Assembly: GCA_977017575.1 (NCBI GenBank)
Contig: CDRNVI010000149.1
Coordinates: 124,001-188,000 of the forward strand
DNA: 64,000 nucleotides
DNA from: Paramoeba atlantica
Taxonomy: Eukaryota; Protista; Discosea
Direction of reading: 5' to 3'
The number at the start of each line of letters is the position of its first letter. Within the stretch, counting starts at the first letter, position 1. Positions 49,855 through 62,788 of this stretch are shown piece after piece. A program made the position numbers and the translations under genes. The notes below the pieces were generated by a model. It ran no database searches and had not been told where the DNA came from. It saw nothing but the letters and a program-made list of their open reading frames with translations.

Positions 49855-52830
49855 TAAATTTATTATTTCTTAAGATTGTGATTGATTGAAAACGTAATCT
49901 TCGTGGTTTTGCTTTCGTTTTTTCCTCTTCTTCCTCTTCTTCCTCCTCCTCTTCTTCTCCCTCTTCTTTGTCATCAAAAGAAAATTCATCCTCTTCCTTT
50001 TCTTCTTCCTCTTCCTCTTCCTCCAACGAGAATTCATCTACCTCCTCATCCTCAAAGATCTCCTGTTCTAACTCCTCCATAGACTCTCCTGTCTCTCCCT
50101 CAGGTGGAACTACATAATTCTTTAAAATGAGTTCCCTTGTTGTTTGTGGAACTCTTTTTTCACAAAAATCGATCATCTTCTTTTCAATCGCTTGACAACT
50201 TGGACATACTTTGTTTTCTTCCCCAACATCTTCCACAACACAAAACACAACATTTTCCCTTCTCAACAAAACGATACACGATCCTTGATATTGTGCCCCC
50301 GAACAGATAGTTTCACTGGACAAAGGAGGTGAGCCAAAAATCGAAAATCGTCATATTTTGTGGCTGTCTCATACTTCATTGCGCCATAGCCACATTTTTT
50401 CACAAGTCGCTTTTGAATTAAATTTCGTAACTCTCCGCTTTGGCAACTACTGACAGCTGGTCCAACTCCTATTTGAAAAAGAATGAATGAAAGGAGATAA
50501 TCAATAAAAAAAAAAAAGCAGAGGGGGGGAAAGAAAAGAAAGGAAAGCAAACCATAATTTTCATAGACTTTTTTGTAAAAATAAGGGCAGTCAAAACAAA
50601 GAGTATAAAACCATGTGATAATATTCGAGCTTGGAAATATTAATTTCATAATCTGAATAATTTGCTTTCCTGTTCTCGTCATTTCATCTAAAAGGTGTTG
50701 AACCTCACTTGGTTCCAAATCTTCCCCCTCATTATCAGTGAATTTCAAACATTCCCAAAAAGAGCTCATAAATTTAATTCGCTGACAAATAAACGAACGA
50801 AAAAGCTTGTAACTTCAAATCGAACAAGGGTGGCAACCGGTGGTGAGGAAAACAGGAATAAATCGCTTCAACAACCAACTTGTGATAATTTTGCAATAGC
50901 CTTGTTGCTTGCTCTCCAATCAACCGAAATTTCAGCTTCTTTCCTTCCTCAGTCTCAAGAATGTACTTCCATTCAATCGTCTTTGCAAAAGAGAGCAATC
51001 CAGAAACTCTTTTCATTCGCTCCACCATCTCTTGTAACATCTTTCTCCCAAATTCCTTATTGGAATTTGCAAACTCAACAATAGTAAGAAATAAGGCCAA
51101 AGTTGCAGAGCACTTGCCACTTGCCATGAAGAGGACCATCTGGAGTAAAACGCTCACAAATCGCTAACAAAGGGGCTTCTTTTTGGCTATAATTCTCTTT
51201 CCGAATAAATTGTTGAAGGATCGCATCTCTTGCATTTTCATCTATCGACTTATCTGAAACGATTTCTTGCCATTTCACTCGAACTTTTTCCCCCATTTCT
51301 TTCATTTTTGCCAATGTTCGCCTTCGTAACTTGTCTCGAGGAATGTCAGCATTGTCACGAGTCACATCAAGCCAATAAACAGAGAAATAAGTTGCAGAAC
51401 AACCTTGATGACCAGCCACTTTACTTTGGTAAGAAATGTCAGATCGACTGGATCTCAGGAGAGACGGACAAAACAAAAGCAAAGCCAAACCAAAGATCAA
51501 ATCGAAAATGTAGATTTATTCAAGGAAACAAACAAGGTGAACATTTGCTCAAGAGAGAGAAATGTGAGGGCAGTGAAAAGACAGTTGAGATGTGATCGTG
51601 ACAAGAATAAAAAGGAACACAAAAACAGCGTTTTTGTGGAAGGAAACAAGGACAAAATCAAATCAGGAAGGGATAAAATAAACATCAGGAAAAATAGGAA
51701 AAGGGAAAATAATACAAGGGGAAAAATACAACAGAGAAAGGGAAAAGAGAGAGAGAAAGAGCAGTGATCAATCGGAGGAGCGGAGCGACAGGATGGCATC
51801 AAATTGAATAGAAGACAACCGAACAGGGTTCGTAACAAGAAAGGCCACCAATTGGAAGAAAATGGCAATGGTACAGATTTGTTTTGGTATTATCGATTTC
51901 ACATGGAATTGAAACACCATTCTTTTCCACCACTGCAATTCCAGGGTTTAAAACATTCTCACAAAGCCATTTGCTCACTTCATCATCTTCTTTGAAATTC
52001 CCACCACAGATCCAAGGCATCAATGTTGGTGAACTTCCAACTCCAACAAAGTTCACAAATTGCAAATATGTATTTGTCATACCCATCTGAAAAATAGATT
52101 TTCAATTAAATCTTGTTTTGTTTCTTTTCCTCTATGCTCCCCCTCAAAAAAAAAGAAAATAATTTTTCTACTTACTTGTTTACTCTCCGGGGCACCATCA
52201 GTGAACATATTCACTAAAATTTGATATTTGCCTTCTTAAAAAAGGTGAGAGATTGTTGAACTTTCGAACATTGGAGCATTGCTTTCAGTCTTTTCTCAAC
52301 AACTTCTTCCAACTTTCGATAACCACCTTTAACCCCATACTCAGAAGGGAGTTCATGAAACCTATATGTTTATCTTTTGAGCAAATTGTTTTCATTGAGG
52401 AGGAGAAAAGAAGCTTATTACAAAAAAAAAAAAATTCTTACTTTGCTTCAAGCTCCAATGCGGACAACATTTTCTCCCCAAAATCCATCGCAGGCTTTGG
52501 AGCAGGAAGTTTTGGAAATGGAATTTCAAACTCTGGTGTTTTCAACTGAATTAGTTAGCTCCCCAGACAAAGGATCTAAGCCTCACTGAAATATTGATCG
52601 CATAATTTGGATTTTTTGGTAACCCATGTCATTCATCATCATGTTCACAAACTGTGCTTGTTTCAAATTGTCAGATTTCTCGAGGTTTTGAAAGTCTATT
52701 TATTAAATTTTGAAGAAATCAGAATCCTTCAAAAACACACACAAAAAAAAAAAATTAACCTTTTTGAACAGCTTTCTTCACAACTTGCTTCCCAACGGGC
52801 AGACAAATGACTTCTTCAATCAGTCTTTTT
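49829..52830 (-). mobile_element. Decayed, intron-containing Transib/Chapaev/RAG1-like DDE transposase with acidic C-terminal tail
   Basis: VNMFTDGA (D at 52197-52199), SDISYQSKVAGHQGCSATYF (D at 51438-51440), PLLAICERFTPDGPLH, KFRLIGEQATRLL, ITWFYTLCFDCP, YG|VGPAVSSCQSGELRN (E at 50431-50433). Introns at 52087-52175 and ~50472-50551. 5' extent uncertain. Confidence 0.75.
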
Positions 52831-52849
52831 TGAAACCTTGGATTACAAA

Positions 52850-54030
52850 ATCCATCACCTCACTATATGTGGTTCGAGCAAGGGGGCGCATTTCTTCAAG
52901 CTTTTGATAAGTCACTTGGGTTTCCAATGTATCATCATCCAACCAACATTTCAACTTCTTTTTCAACTTGTGTGGCAGAGTAACAAGTTGAGAGTGTACA
53001 GAGTTTTCGATTTTTCGATTGAAAGACATTTGCAAGAAAAGGAACCTGTCACATGGAACCTGTCACATTTAGAAAAAAAAAAAGAAAAAAAAAAAGAAAA
53101 AAAGAAGAAAATAAACCTTCTCATTTTCTTTCAGACCATCAACTTCACCATAAAGAGTTTGACAATCACCATGTCGGGTGATTCAGCTACAAAGGTCATT
53201 TTTAAAGAACATCGAGGGTCTGCTCTGGTTGCAAGAGAAAAGACTGTGCTTCCCTTGTTTTGCCAACCCTTCCGTCGCCCGGACACTCCCAAAATAGGAA
53301 TCAGCAACAACAAGAGCTCCTTCAGGAAGTTGATTCGACATACAAAGAAGGGTTTCATGCATTGGTTCGGACACCCCATCTCAATGATACTGAGAGAAAG
53401 CAACAAAATAGCCAGAAAAATCAACAAGAGACCAATTTTTAATGCCATGTGGATGAGGCTTCCTCATTATGAACACATGATGAGGATTCTTTCTTCCTTT
53501 GTGAGGAACAAGGGTTTCATCCACAACACCTGTATTTGCTGGGATCCAGATCGCACCCATAATTTTAGTGACAAAAGAACCACCCTCACTCTCAAATGTT
53601 TCTTCTGGTTGTTTATCTCTGCCAACCTTTTCTTCTCTGTTCCCAATTTTCAATAAATAAAAACTGGAATCAAAAGAAAACAAAATGACCTGACTCGGTT
53701 GATGATGTTCGGAAGTTTTTGGAGATAATCAGGGGGGAGGGCTGTCTTGATCACACCTTCCACCATTTTGTATTTTTCTTGAAGGTCAATGTGCAGACAA
53801 CCAGGCTTAATTGTTGGTGTGTGGAGCTCTTTCTTCTGTGATGTGATCTTGAGCTGAATTTGTTCTTGTTCTGTTTCTTCTTCTTTCTCCTTTCTTGTTT
53901 TTTCTCTCCTTTCTTTTGCTTTTGGGTCATTTTTTCTTTTCTCTCTTTCTTCTTCCACCCCCTCTTTTGTACATGAGACAATTGTGTGCCCAGATTTTAA
54001 ACAAAAAGTGCAAACCATTCCCTGAAACAA
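52850..54030 (-). mobile_element. Decayed piggyBac-family transposase with an upstream zinc-knuckle exon
   Basis: GVVDETLVPHKGRKNPHHVFIMRKPHPHGIKNWSLVD, LVVADSYFGSV, RKLCTLSTC, RPLARTTYSEVMDF; upstream CTFCLKSGHTIVSC; in-frame TGA at 53381 and 53183. Confidence 0.85.
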
Positions 54031-54250
54031 AAAAAAAAACCAAAAAAAAAACAAAAAAAAAACAAAAAAAAATCGTGGGGCACTAGTTTTTTGGGATCAA
54101 AAAGATGTTTTTTCAAAAAACATCTTTTGGATGTCAAAAGAAATGTTTTCTGGACATTTTTTCTTGACGTCCAGCTGGAGAAAAAAGTGTTGATTGTGGT
54201 TTGAAACAAGAATTATCTCAAAAAAAACTTTAAAAAAGAATTTGAAAATT

Positions 54251-54330
54251 GTTTGGAGTTATCTGGAATTATCTGGAATAAAATGGAATTATATGGAATG
54301 ATCTGGAATTATCTGGAATTCCATGGAAAA
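54251..54330. repeat. 10-bp tandem repeat (ATCTGGAATT), ~7-8 degenerate units
   Basis: Direct reading. Confidence 0.8.
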
Positions 54331-55903
54331 AACATAATCTTTTCAGATATTTGTGAGTTTGTATTGCTTTTTTGTATCTTATGAACATGTCCACTTTGGT
54401 ACAGACTAAAGAAGGCATGTCAGAAATATGTTGAATGGACAACTGAAGAGCAGTCCTCAGAAGTCTCACAAAAAAGCAAGAAACTTCCTGATGACATCAT
54501 CAATGGTGTTCTTTATTTAGATTCACAGAAGGTCAACTTGGAGGAGACCAAGGGTCAACTTGAAGGAGATTGGGAATTGACTTGGAGGAGATCAAGAGTT
54601 GGATCAAACAAATAGAGCAGAGAGCCAAGTGTCTTCAGAGTAGCACACATTGCTTGTGTGCACTTACCTGCCAGGGTTCTCTCCATCTCAGAATTTTTGC
54701 CTGCCCTAATTTCTCTCTTTCTTTTTTGTTCTCCTCTCTCTCTTCTTTTTCTCTTTTTTCTCTTTTTCTCTTTTTCTTTTTTTCTTTTTTTCTTTTTCTC
54801 TTTTTCTCTCTTTTTCTCTCTTTTTCTCTCTTTTTCTCTCTTTTTCTCTTTCTCTTTTCCTCTTTTTTCTTTTCTTTTCTTTTTTTCCTTTTTCTTTTTT
54901 TCCTTTTTCTTTTTCTCTTTTTCTTTTCTTTTCTTATTTTTCTTTCTTATTTTTCTTTTCTCTTCTCTCTCTCACTTTTCCAATAATTTTCTCTCTCTCT
55001 CTCTTCTTTTATTCTTCCCTCTCTCATTTTCATTTTTTCATTTTTTCATTTTTTTTTATATTTTCTCTTTTCTTTCTATTCTTCTTTTTTTTGTTTCTCC
55101 TCTTTCTCTCTTTTATTTCTCTTTCTAAAAAGGTGGGGGTAAGTGGGTGGGTGGGTAAGTATAAAAATTCAAAAATATAAAAAAACCTTTTCTTTTGATA
55201 ACTAAAGATACAAACAAAAAAAACAAACCAAAAAAATAACACTTTTATTAATTTTTCAATTCTTTCAATTTTATTTCATTTTCTCTTTCTCCTTCTCTTT
55301 CTTAATTTTTGTATACACCACACACTTAAAATTAATAATAAAAACACAAGAGGTCTTTTTTTTTTTCATTTTTTTCATTTTTTTTCATTTTTTTCATTTT
55401 TTCCTTCTTTCCTTTTTTTTTCTTATTTTTTCCCTTTTTTTCTTTTTTTTTCCTTCTTTTTTTTCTTTTTTTTTTCCTTTTTCCTTTTTTCCCCTTTTCT
55501 CTTTGAAAAACAAAAAAAGAGAGAGAAAAGAAGAGGGAATTTGGAAGGAAAAGAAGAAGAAGATAAAAAAAGAGAGAGGAAGAGAGAAAAAAAAGAGAAA
55601 GAGTGAAAGAAAGAAAAAAAAAAGAGAAAGAGTAGAGACAGAAAAAGAGAGAAAAGTGAAGAAAAAAAAGAGAAAGGGTGAGAGAAAGAAAAAAAAGAGA
55701 AAGGGTGAGAAAAAGAAAAAAAAGAGAAAAGTGAAGAAAAAAAAGAGAAAGAAGGAGAGAAAGAAAAAAGAGAAAGGGTGAGAAAAAGAAAAAAAAGAGA
55801 AAAGTGAAAAAAAAAAAGAGAAAGGGTGAGAGAGAAGAAAGAAAAAAAAGATAAAAGTGAAGAAAAAAAAGAGAAAGGGTGAGAGAGAAGAAAGAAAAAA
55901 AAA

Positions 55904-55976
55904 AGCACCAGGAGGGACTCGAACCCACAACCACCAGCTCAGAAGGCCGATGCGCTACCAATTGCGCCACTAGTGC
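55904..55976 (-). tRNA. tRNA-Arg(TCT), duplicate
   Basis: Same as 31987-32059. Confidence 0.8.
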
Positions 55977-56164
55977 ATTTCTGAAAAATATTTTCCATTT
56001 TTTTTGTGTCCTTCTCTCTCTCTCTTCTCTCGAAGTCCCAAGAGGAGGGAAATGGAAGAGAGGTTTGTTGGTTGTGATTCTTTTGTTCCAATGGAGATTG
56101 GAAGATTTGATCTGGAAAAAAGAGAGATAATGTTTTTTTTTTGTTTTTTCTTTTTGGATTTGTT

Positions 56165-56215
56165 TTCATACTCTCTGGATACTTAATTTGAAAATTCGGA
56201 CCCAGAGAGTATGAA
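56165..56215. other. Hairpin element, duplicate of copy 2
   Basis: Same sequence. Confidence 0.85.
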
Positions 56216-56402
56216 TATATGATCACAAAAATATAATCACAAAAGGGATGAAAAACAAAATGAACCCTGTGGGGAAGGAAAAAAACAATTTTGAGAAAAG
56301 GAGAATGAGGGAGGAAGGGGGGGAAAAAAGAGATTTAAGTTGTGAAAAAGTGAAGAAAAAAAAAAAAAAAAAAAAAGAGAAAAAAGAAAGAAAAAAAGAG
56401 AA

Positions 56403-56521
56403 GGTCTTCAGCACTCGGGATTCGAATGTGGTCACCCACCATTCTACTAACCGAGCCCACAGCTGCTTAACTTCCGAGTTCTGATGGGATCGGGTGCTTT
56501 CAACTGGGTATGACCGAAGAC
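56403..56521 (-). rRNA. 5S rRNA, duplicate
   Basis: Same as 32486-32604. Confidence 0.97.
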
Positions 56522-57170
56522 ACTTTCTCTTCTTTTTTTTCTTCTTTTAATATCAATCCAAATTAATAAAAAGAAAAGAGAAAAAGAAAAGAAAGAAGAG
56601 AGAAAAGAGAAAAGAGAAAAGAGAAAAGAGAAAAGAGAAAAGAGAAAAGAGAAAGAGAAAAAACCTCAATGGAAAGAGAGAAAAAGTGGTGGAATTTCAA
56701 AAAAAAGAAAGAAAAAAATAAAGAAAAAAAACAAAGAAAGAGAAGGAAAAAAAATTAACAACCTACAAAAAGAAAGATAAGAAAAGACAGAAGAAAAGAG
56801 AAAGAGGAAAAAGAAAGACTGAGGAAAACCAAAAAAAAAAACAAACGAACAAAAAAACACAAAAAACAAAAAAAGAAAAACGGACCTCTATTTTGGGTCC
56901 GAATATGATGGACCTCTATTTCAGGTCCTATCAGAGCTTTTTTTCTTTTTTTTTTTCTGTGTGTGTGTTTTTGGTTGTTCTTTCAGTGATTTTTTTTGTT
57001 TTTTTTTGTTCAATTTTGATTGGTGTTCCTTCTCGCCACACCCCCCCTCTCATTCCCTCGTGAACAACAACAAACACAATCAACCACACCCTCAGGTTTT
57101 GTTTTTAATTCAAAACATTTCTTTTTCTGGATAACTTGAAACAGAAAAACAACAATCAATCAATCAAAAT

Positions 57171-57809
57171 ATGGTGATGAGAGTTCAGTTGATGTCGATT
57201 GTCGAAAGAGAAGAAGAAGAGTGGTGGGAAGTTCGAAACACTGAGAATGGAAGAGTGTGTTCTGTTCAAGCTCAAGACTTTCGAAGTCTCCGAAGGAAGA
57301 TCCAGGATGTGTACGGAACTTCAACTGCGGTTCGAGTGTTCTATCTTGACGATGAGTGTGATGTCGTCTTTGTGAAACGTGATCAAGACTTGGAAGATGC
57401 TTTGTTTGTTATTCCAAAAAAGAACAAGACAGCAAAAGCAGTGGAGAGTCAAGTCGAAGAAGAAACCGAAAAGGAGATTAAAGAGGTCGAAAATCGAGTG
57501 GGTGATGATGAAGAGAAGAAGGTTGAGAAAGTGGGGGATGAAGTTTTTGAGAACCCTCAGAAAAGACTCAAGGAACAACAGAAGAGAGAGAAGGAGATTG
57601 AAATTCTCAGTAAACGTGACAAGAAACTGGCAGATCAGATTGATGTTCTTGAAGAAAAGATCGTGGCTCTCCAACGAAGAAAGGAACAGTTGACTGAAAA
57701 CAAAACCCAAGTTCGAGAGAACCTTGTTGATTTGAAAAGTCAAAAGGACATTGTTGGAAACAAACAAGAGGAAGAGGGGATTGAAGAAATCCAATCCTCT
57801 GAGGAAGAA

Positions 57810-57841
<32 letters not shown>

Positions 57842-58148
57842 AGATTGTGGTAAACCAAGATCATTTGGGCAATCGAGAAAGCTTCAAAACCAACGACGAA
57901 ACATCGAAAGAAGACTTTGTAATCTTGAAGCGAAAGAAAAGAAGTCAAAAAAGATGATGGAAACAGAAATTATTCTCAAGAAACGTTTGGAGGAAATCAC
58001 AGAGAGGTTGGCGACTGGACCAGAAGAAGAAGAGAAAGACAAAATGTTTATGAATAAGAGAAAAGGAACTCGACGTTCTTCTTCCCCACCACACGGTTCA
58101 AAGAAGTTTTTCAATTCTCCTCCTCCAAAGGAGAGAAGACGAAAATAA
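57171..58148 (+). CDS. PB1-domain coiled-coil protein, duplicate of paralog 2
   Basis: Identical translation to 33254-34231. Confidence 0.8.
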
Positions 58149-58347
58149 TACTAAATAATAAAAATCTCTTCAAAAGAACCAAACTTCTCTTTTTTTTGTT
58201 TTTTCAAGAAAAAGTTTATTTCTTCTTTTCTTCTTTTTTTCTTTTTCCTCTTCTTTTCTCTGCCAATATACTCGTCTTACTTTCCTTCTTTCTTCTTTTC
58301 TTTATCAAAAAGAATGTGTTGGATTGTTAGTCAAGGGGGGGTAGGTT

Positions 58348-58403
58348 TTCATACTCTCTGGGTGCTAATTTGTGAAAATTCGTGCGTGCCCAGAGAGTAT
58401 AAA
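58348..58403. other. Hairpin element, duplicate of copy 3
   Basis: Same sequence. Confidence 0.85.
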
Positions 58404-61095
58404 TATCTTTGCTTGTTTTTTTTTGAGCATCTTTCGAAAACATCTTTCCAGCAGACAAAAGAATAACCAAATAAAACACCTCTCTGTCTCTTCTCTTTGA
58501 ATGTTCTCTTCTCTGTGGCACACACCATTTAATATGGAAAGAGAAAAGAAGAGAAAGAAGAGGAGAGAAGAAGAAAGGGGGAAAAAAAGAAAAAAAAGAA
58601 AAAAAAAAAAAGAAAAAAAAAGGGCAAGGAAAGAAGGGAAAGTGGAAAGTGAAAGAGGGAAAGGGAGAGTGGAAAGCGAAAGAGGGAAAAGGAAAGAAGA
58701 GATAGAGAAAGGGGGGGAATCAACAGAAAAAAAAGGAAGAAAAAGAAAAAAAGAAGGAAAGAAACAGGGAAACAGAGAAAGTGAAAAAAAAGAAAAGAGA
58801 AAGAAAAAAAAAAGAAAAGAGAAAGAAAAAAAAAAGAAAAGAGAAAGAAAAGAGAAAGAAAAGCAAACAAAAAGAGAAAGAAGAGAAGAGAGAAAAAGGA
58901 AAACAAAAAAAAGGAAACAAATTATGAACTCTAAAATCGTTTTTTTGTGTGCCAAAACCAGCCCAATTGCAATCGTTTTTCTGGGTGTTGAAAAAATATT
59001 CTACAAGGAAATTTTATGAGAATTTTTTTTTTCAATGCCCCGAAAAACCTTTGCGACCGTGCTTCTTCTTGGAAAGAGAGAGAAGGAGGGAAGAAAAAAA
59101 AAGAAAAAGAAAAGAAAAAGAAACAAAGAAAAGAAAGAAAAAAAAAGAAAAAAAGGAAAGAAAGAAGGAGGAAGGAAAAAGAAAGGAGGGAGAGAAGGAG
59201 AAAGAGGGAAGGAGGGAGGATGAAGGAGAAGGGATGGAGGAAGGAAGAGAGAGGAATGAAGGGAGGAGGGAGGAAAGGAAGATGAAGGGAGGGAGGGATG
59301 GATGAAGGGAGGAGGGAGGAAAGGGGGGAGGGAGGAAAGGGGGGAGGGATGGATGAAGGGAGGAGGGAGGGACGAATGAAGGAGGGAGGAAAGGGGGGAG
59401 GGATGGAGGGAGGAGGGAGGGATGAATGAAGGAGAGGAGGGAGGGAGGAAAGGAGGATGAAGGGAGGAGGAGGAAGGAAGGAGGGAGGAAAGGAGGAAGA
59501 AAAGAAATCATGTTCAGTTCTTTTCTTTTGTTTTTCTTTAGTTTTTTTTTGTTTTTCTTTTGTTTTTCTTTTGTTTGTTTTTCTTTTTCTTTTTTTTTTT
59601 TTTTTCTTTTTCTTTTTTTTTCTTTTCTTTCTTTTTCTTTTTCTTTTCTTTTTTTCTTTTTTTTTTCTTTTCTTTTTTTTTCTTTTCTTTTTTTCTTTTC
59701 TTTTCTTTTTCTTTTCTTTTTTTTTTTTTTTCTTTTTTTTTTCTTTTCTTTCTTTTTCTTTTTCTTTTCTTTTTGTTTTTTTTTCTTTTCTTTTTTTTCT
59801 TTTCTTTTTTTTTCTTGTTTCTTTTATCTTTCCTCTTTTTAATCTTTTTAATCTTTTCCCCTTTTCCTTCTCTTTCTTTTTCTCTTTTTTTCTCTTTTTT
59901 TCTCTTTTTTTCTCTTTCTTTCTTTCTTTTTCTTTCTTTCTTTTTCTTTCTTTCTTTTTCTTTCTTTTTCTTTCTTTTCTTTTTTCTTTCTTTTCTCCTT
60001 CTTTCTTTTCTCCTTCTTTCTTTACAGGAAAGTTGTTTAATTGAAAAGAGTGTAATTCATGTATCAAAAATGGTCCTTTTTCGTTCATTGGTTTTTTTTT
60101 CTTTTGTTTTTTTCTTTTTTTTTTTCTTTTTTCTTTTTTCTTTTTTTTATCTTTTGTTTTTTGTCTTTTGTTTTTTGTCTTCTTTATATTCCTCTTTTAA
60201 TCTTCTCTTCCCTCTTCTCTTTAAGACAGTGAAGCTGTTGAATTAGAAATCCTTTTTCTCCACTGTTTTTTTTCTTTTTTTTTTTCTTTTTTTTCTTTTT
60301 TTTCTTTTTTTTCTTTTTTTTTCTTTTTTTTCTTTTCTTTTTTTGTTTCTTTTTTTTTGTTTTTCTTTTCTTTTTTCTTTCTTTTTTTTTTCTTTTCTTT
60401 TTTTCTTTTCTTTTTTTCTTTTCTTTTTTTCTTTTCTTTTTTTCTTTTTTTTTTCTTTTTTTCTTTTTTTTTCTCTCTTTTTCTTTTCTTTCTTTTCTTT
60501 TCTTTCTTTTTTTTTGTGTTTTCCTTTTCCTTTTTTTTTCTTTTTTTTTCTTTTTTTCCTTTTTTTTTTCTTATTATTTTTTCTTTTCTTTTGTTTTCTT
60601 TTGTTTTTGTTTTTTTTGTTTTTTTTTGTTTTTTTTTGTTTTTTTTTTGTGTTTTTTTTGGTTTTTTTGTTTTTTTTTGTTTTTTTGTTTTTTTTGGTTT
60701 GATAAAGCAAAGGATTGATAAATTGTTCTTCTCTCAAAGGACTGGACTTGGAGAGAAGAGGAGGAAGGGGAAAAAGTTCGAAAACCTTAACTGCTCGCTG
60801 TCCGTCCACAAGAGAAGAGGAGGAGAGAGAGAGAGAGAGAAATGTGTGGTGTGTGTGTGGCATGTTTGATCTTCACCCCCACCCCCACCTCCTCCCAAAA
60901 AAAAACAAAAAAAAAGGTGTATCTTTGTATCAAGGTTAATTTTTTTGGTTTTTTTTCTCCCTCCCTTTCTTGTTTTTTTTTTTGGTGATTTTTCTCTCCT
61001 CCATGGGAGGGAGGAGCTTCTCTTTCTCTTCTCTTTTTCTCTCTCTTTTGAACTAATCAGAGAATTATAAAAGGAGAAAAAAAAGAAGAGAAAAT

Positions 61096-61196
61096 GTCTT
61101 CGGTCATATCCCATCAGAACTCGGAAGTTAAGCAGCTGTGGGCTCGGTTAGTAGAATGGTTGGGTGACCACATTTGAATCCCGAGTGCTGAAGACC
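61096..61196 (+). pseudogene. 5S variant with 19-nt deletion, duplicate
   Basis: Same as 37179-37279. Confidence 0.92.
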
Positions 61197-61416
61197 TTCT
61201 CTTTTTTTCTTTCTTTTTTTTCTTGTTTTTTTCTTTTCTTTTTTCTTTCTTTTTTTTTCCTTTCTGTTTTCTTTCTTTTTTTTCATTTTTTTTGTTCAAA
61301 AGATTCGAAAAATTGCAAACGAAAAAGAGAGAAGTTGCCACACAAATCAAAGTTGGATAAGGAAGGCAAAGGAGAAGAGACCAAACAACACAAAAGAGGA
61401 TTATTTCGTGATAGTT

Positions 61417-61467
61417 TTCATACTCTCTGGGTCTGATTTTTCGAATTAGTACCCCAGAGAGAATGAA
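61417..61467. other. Hairpin element, duplicate of copy 4
   Basis: Same sequence. Confidence 0.85.
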
Positions 61468-61972
61468 GAATCCACAAAAAAAAAGAAAAGAAGATCCCAT
61501 CAGTCAGCCAGGGGGATAGGGGGTGTTGTGTGTTGTTTTGGTGTTAAAAAGAAATATCCATATTTTTTTTTGAAACAAAATATCTTTGGTGCTCTTGGAT
61601 TCTCAAAAAAATTGTTCATCATCGGTTTTTTTTTCTTTTTTTCTTTCTTTTTTTCTTTCTTTTTTTCTTTCTTTTTTTCTTTCTTGTTGTTCTTCTTTTT
61701 TCAGGGTTTTTTGGGTCCAACATATTGGTCTGTGGTTTTTTTTTTAATATTGTCGTCTCAATAAAACACCACCTCCCTTCCAAGATCTTTTTCTTATGAT
61801 GTGTGTGGGTCCTTCTTAACTGATTGTGTTGGGAAGAAGAAGAAAAAAAAAGTATCTTTCACCCCCCCCCCAACCACACACTGGGTAAAGAAAAGTAGTG
61901 TGTTGTGTGTCTCAAAAAGAAAGAAGATTTTTGTTAAAGTTTCAATTTATATTTTTTTTATACAAGCTTTTT

Positions 61973-62788
<816 letters not shown>

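Noticed and set aside
43900-54400. Terminal inverted repeats / RSS-like heptamers for the DNA transposons
   Set aside because: TTAACCC and CAC-words occur, but I could not pair them convincingly by eye
54330-54700. Possible decayed coding remnant (CpG-poor)
   Set aside because: No recognisable motif in any frame
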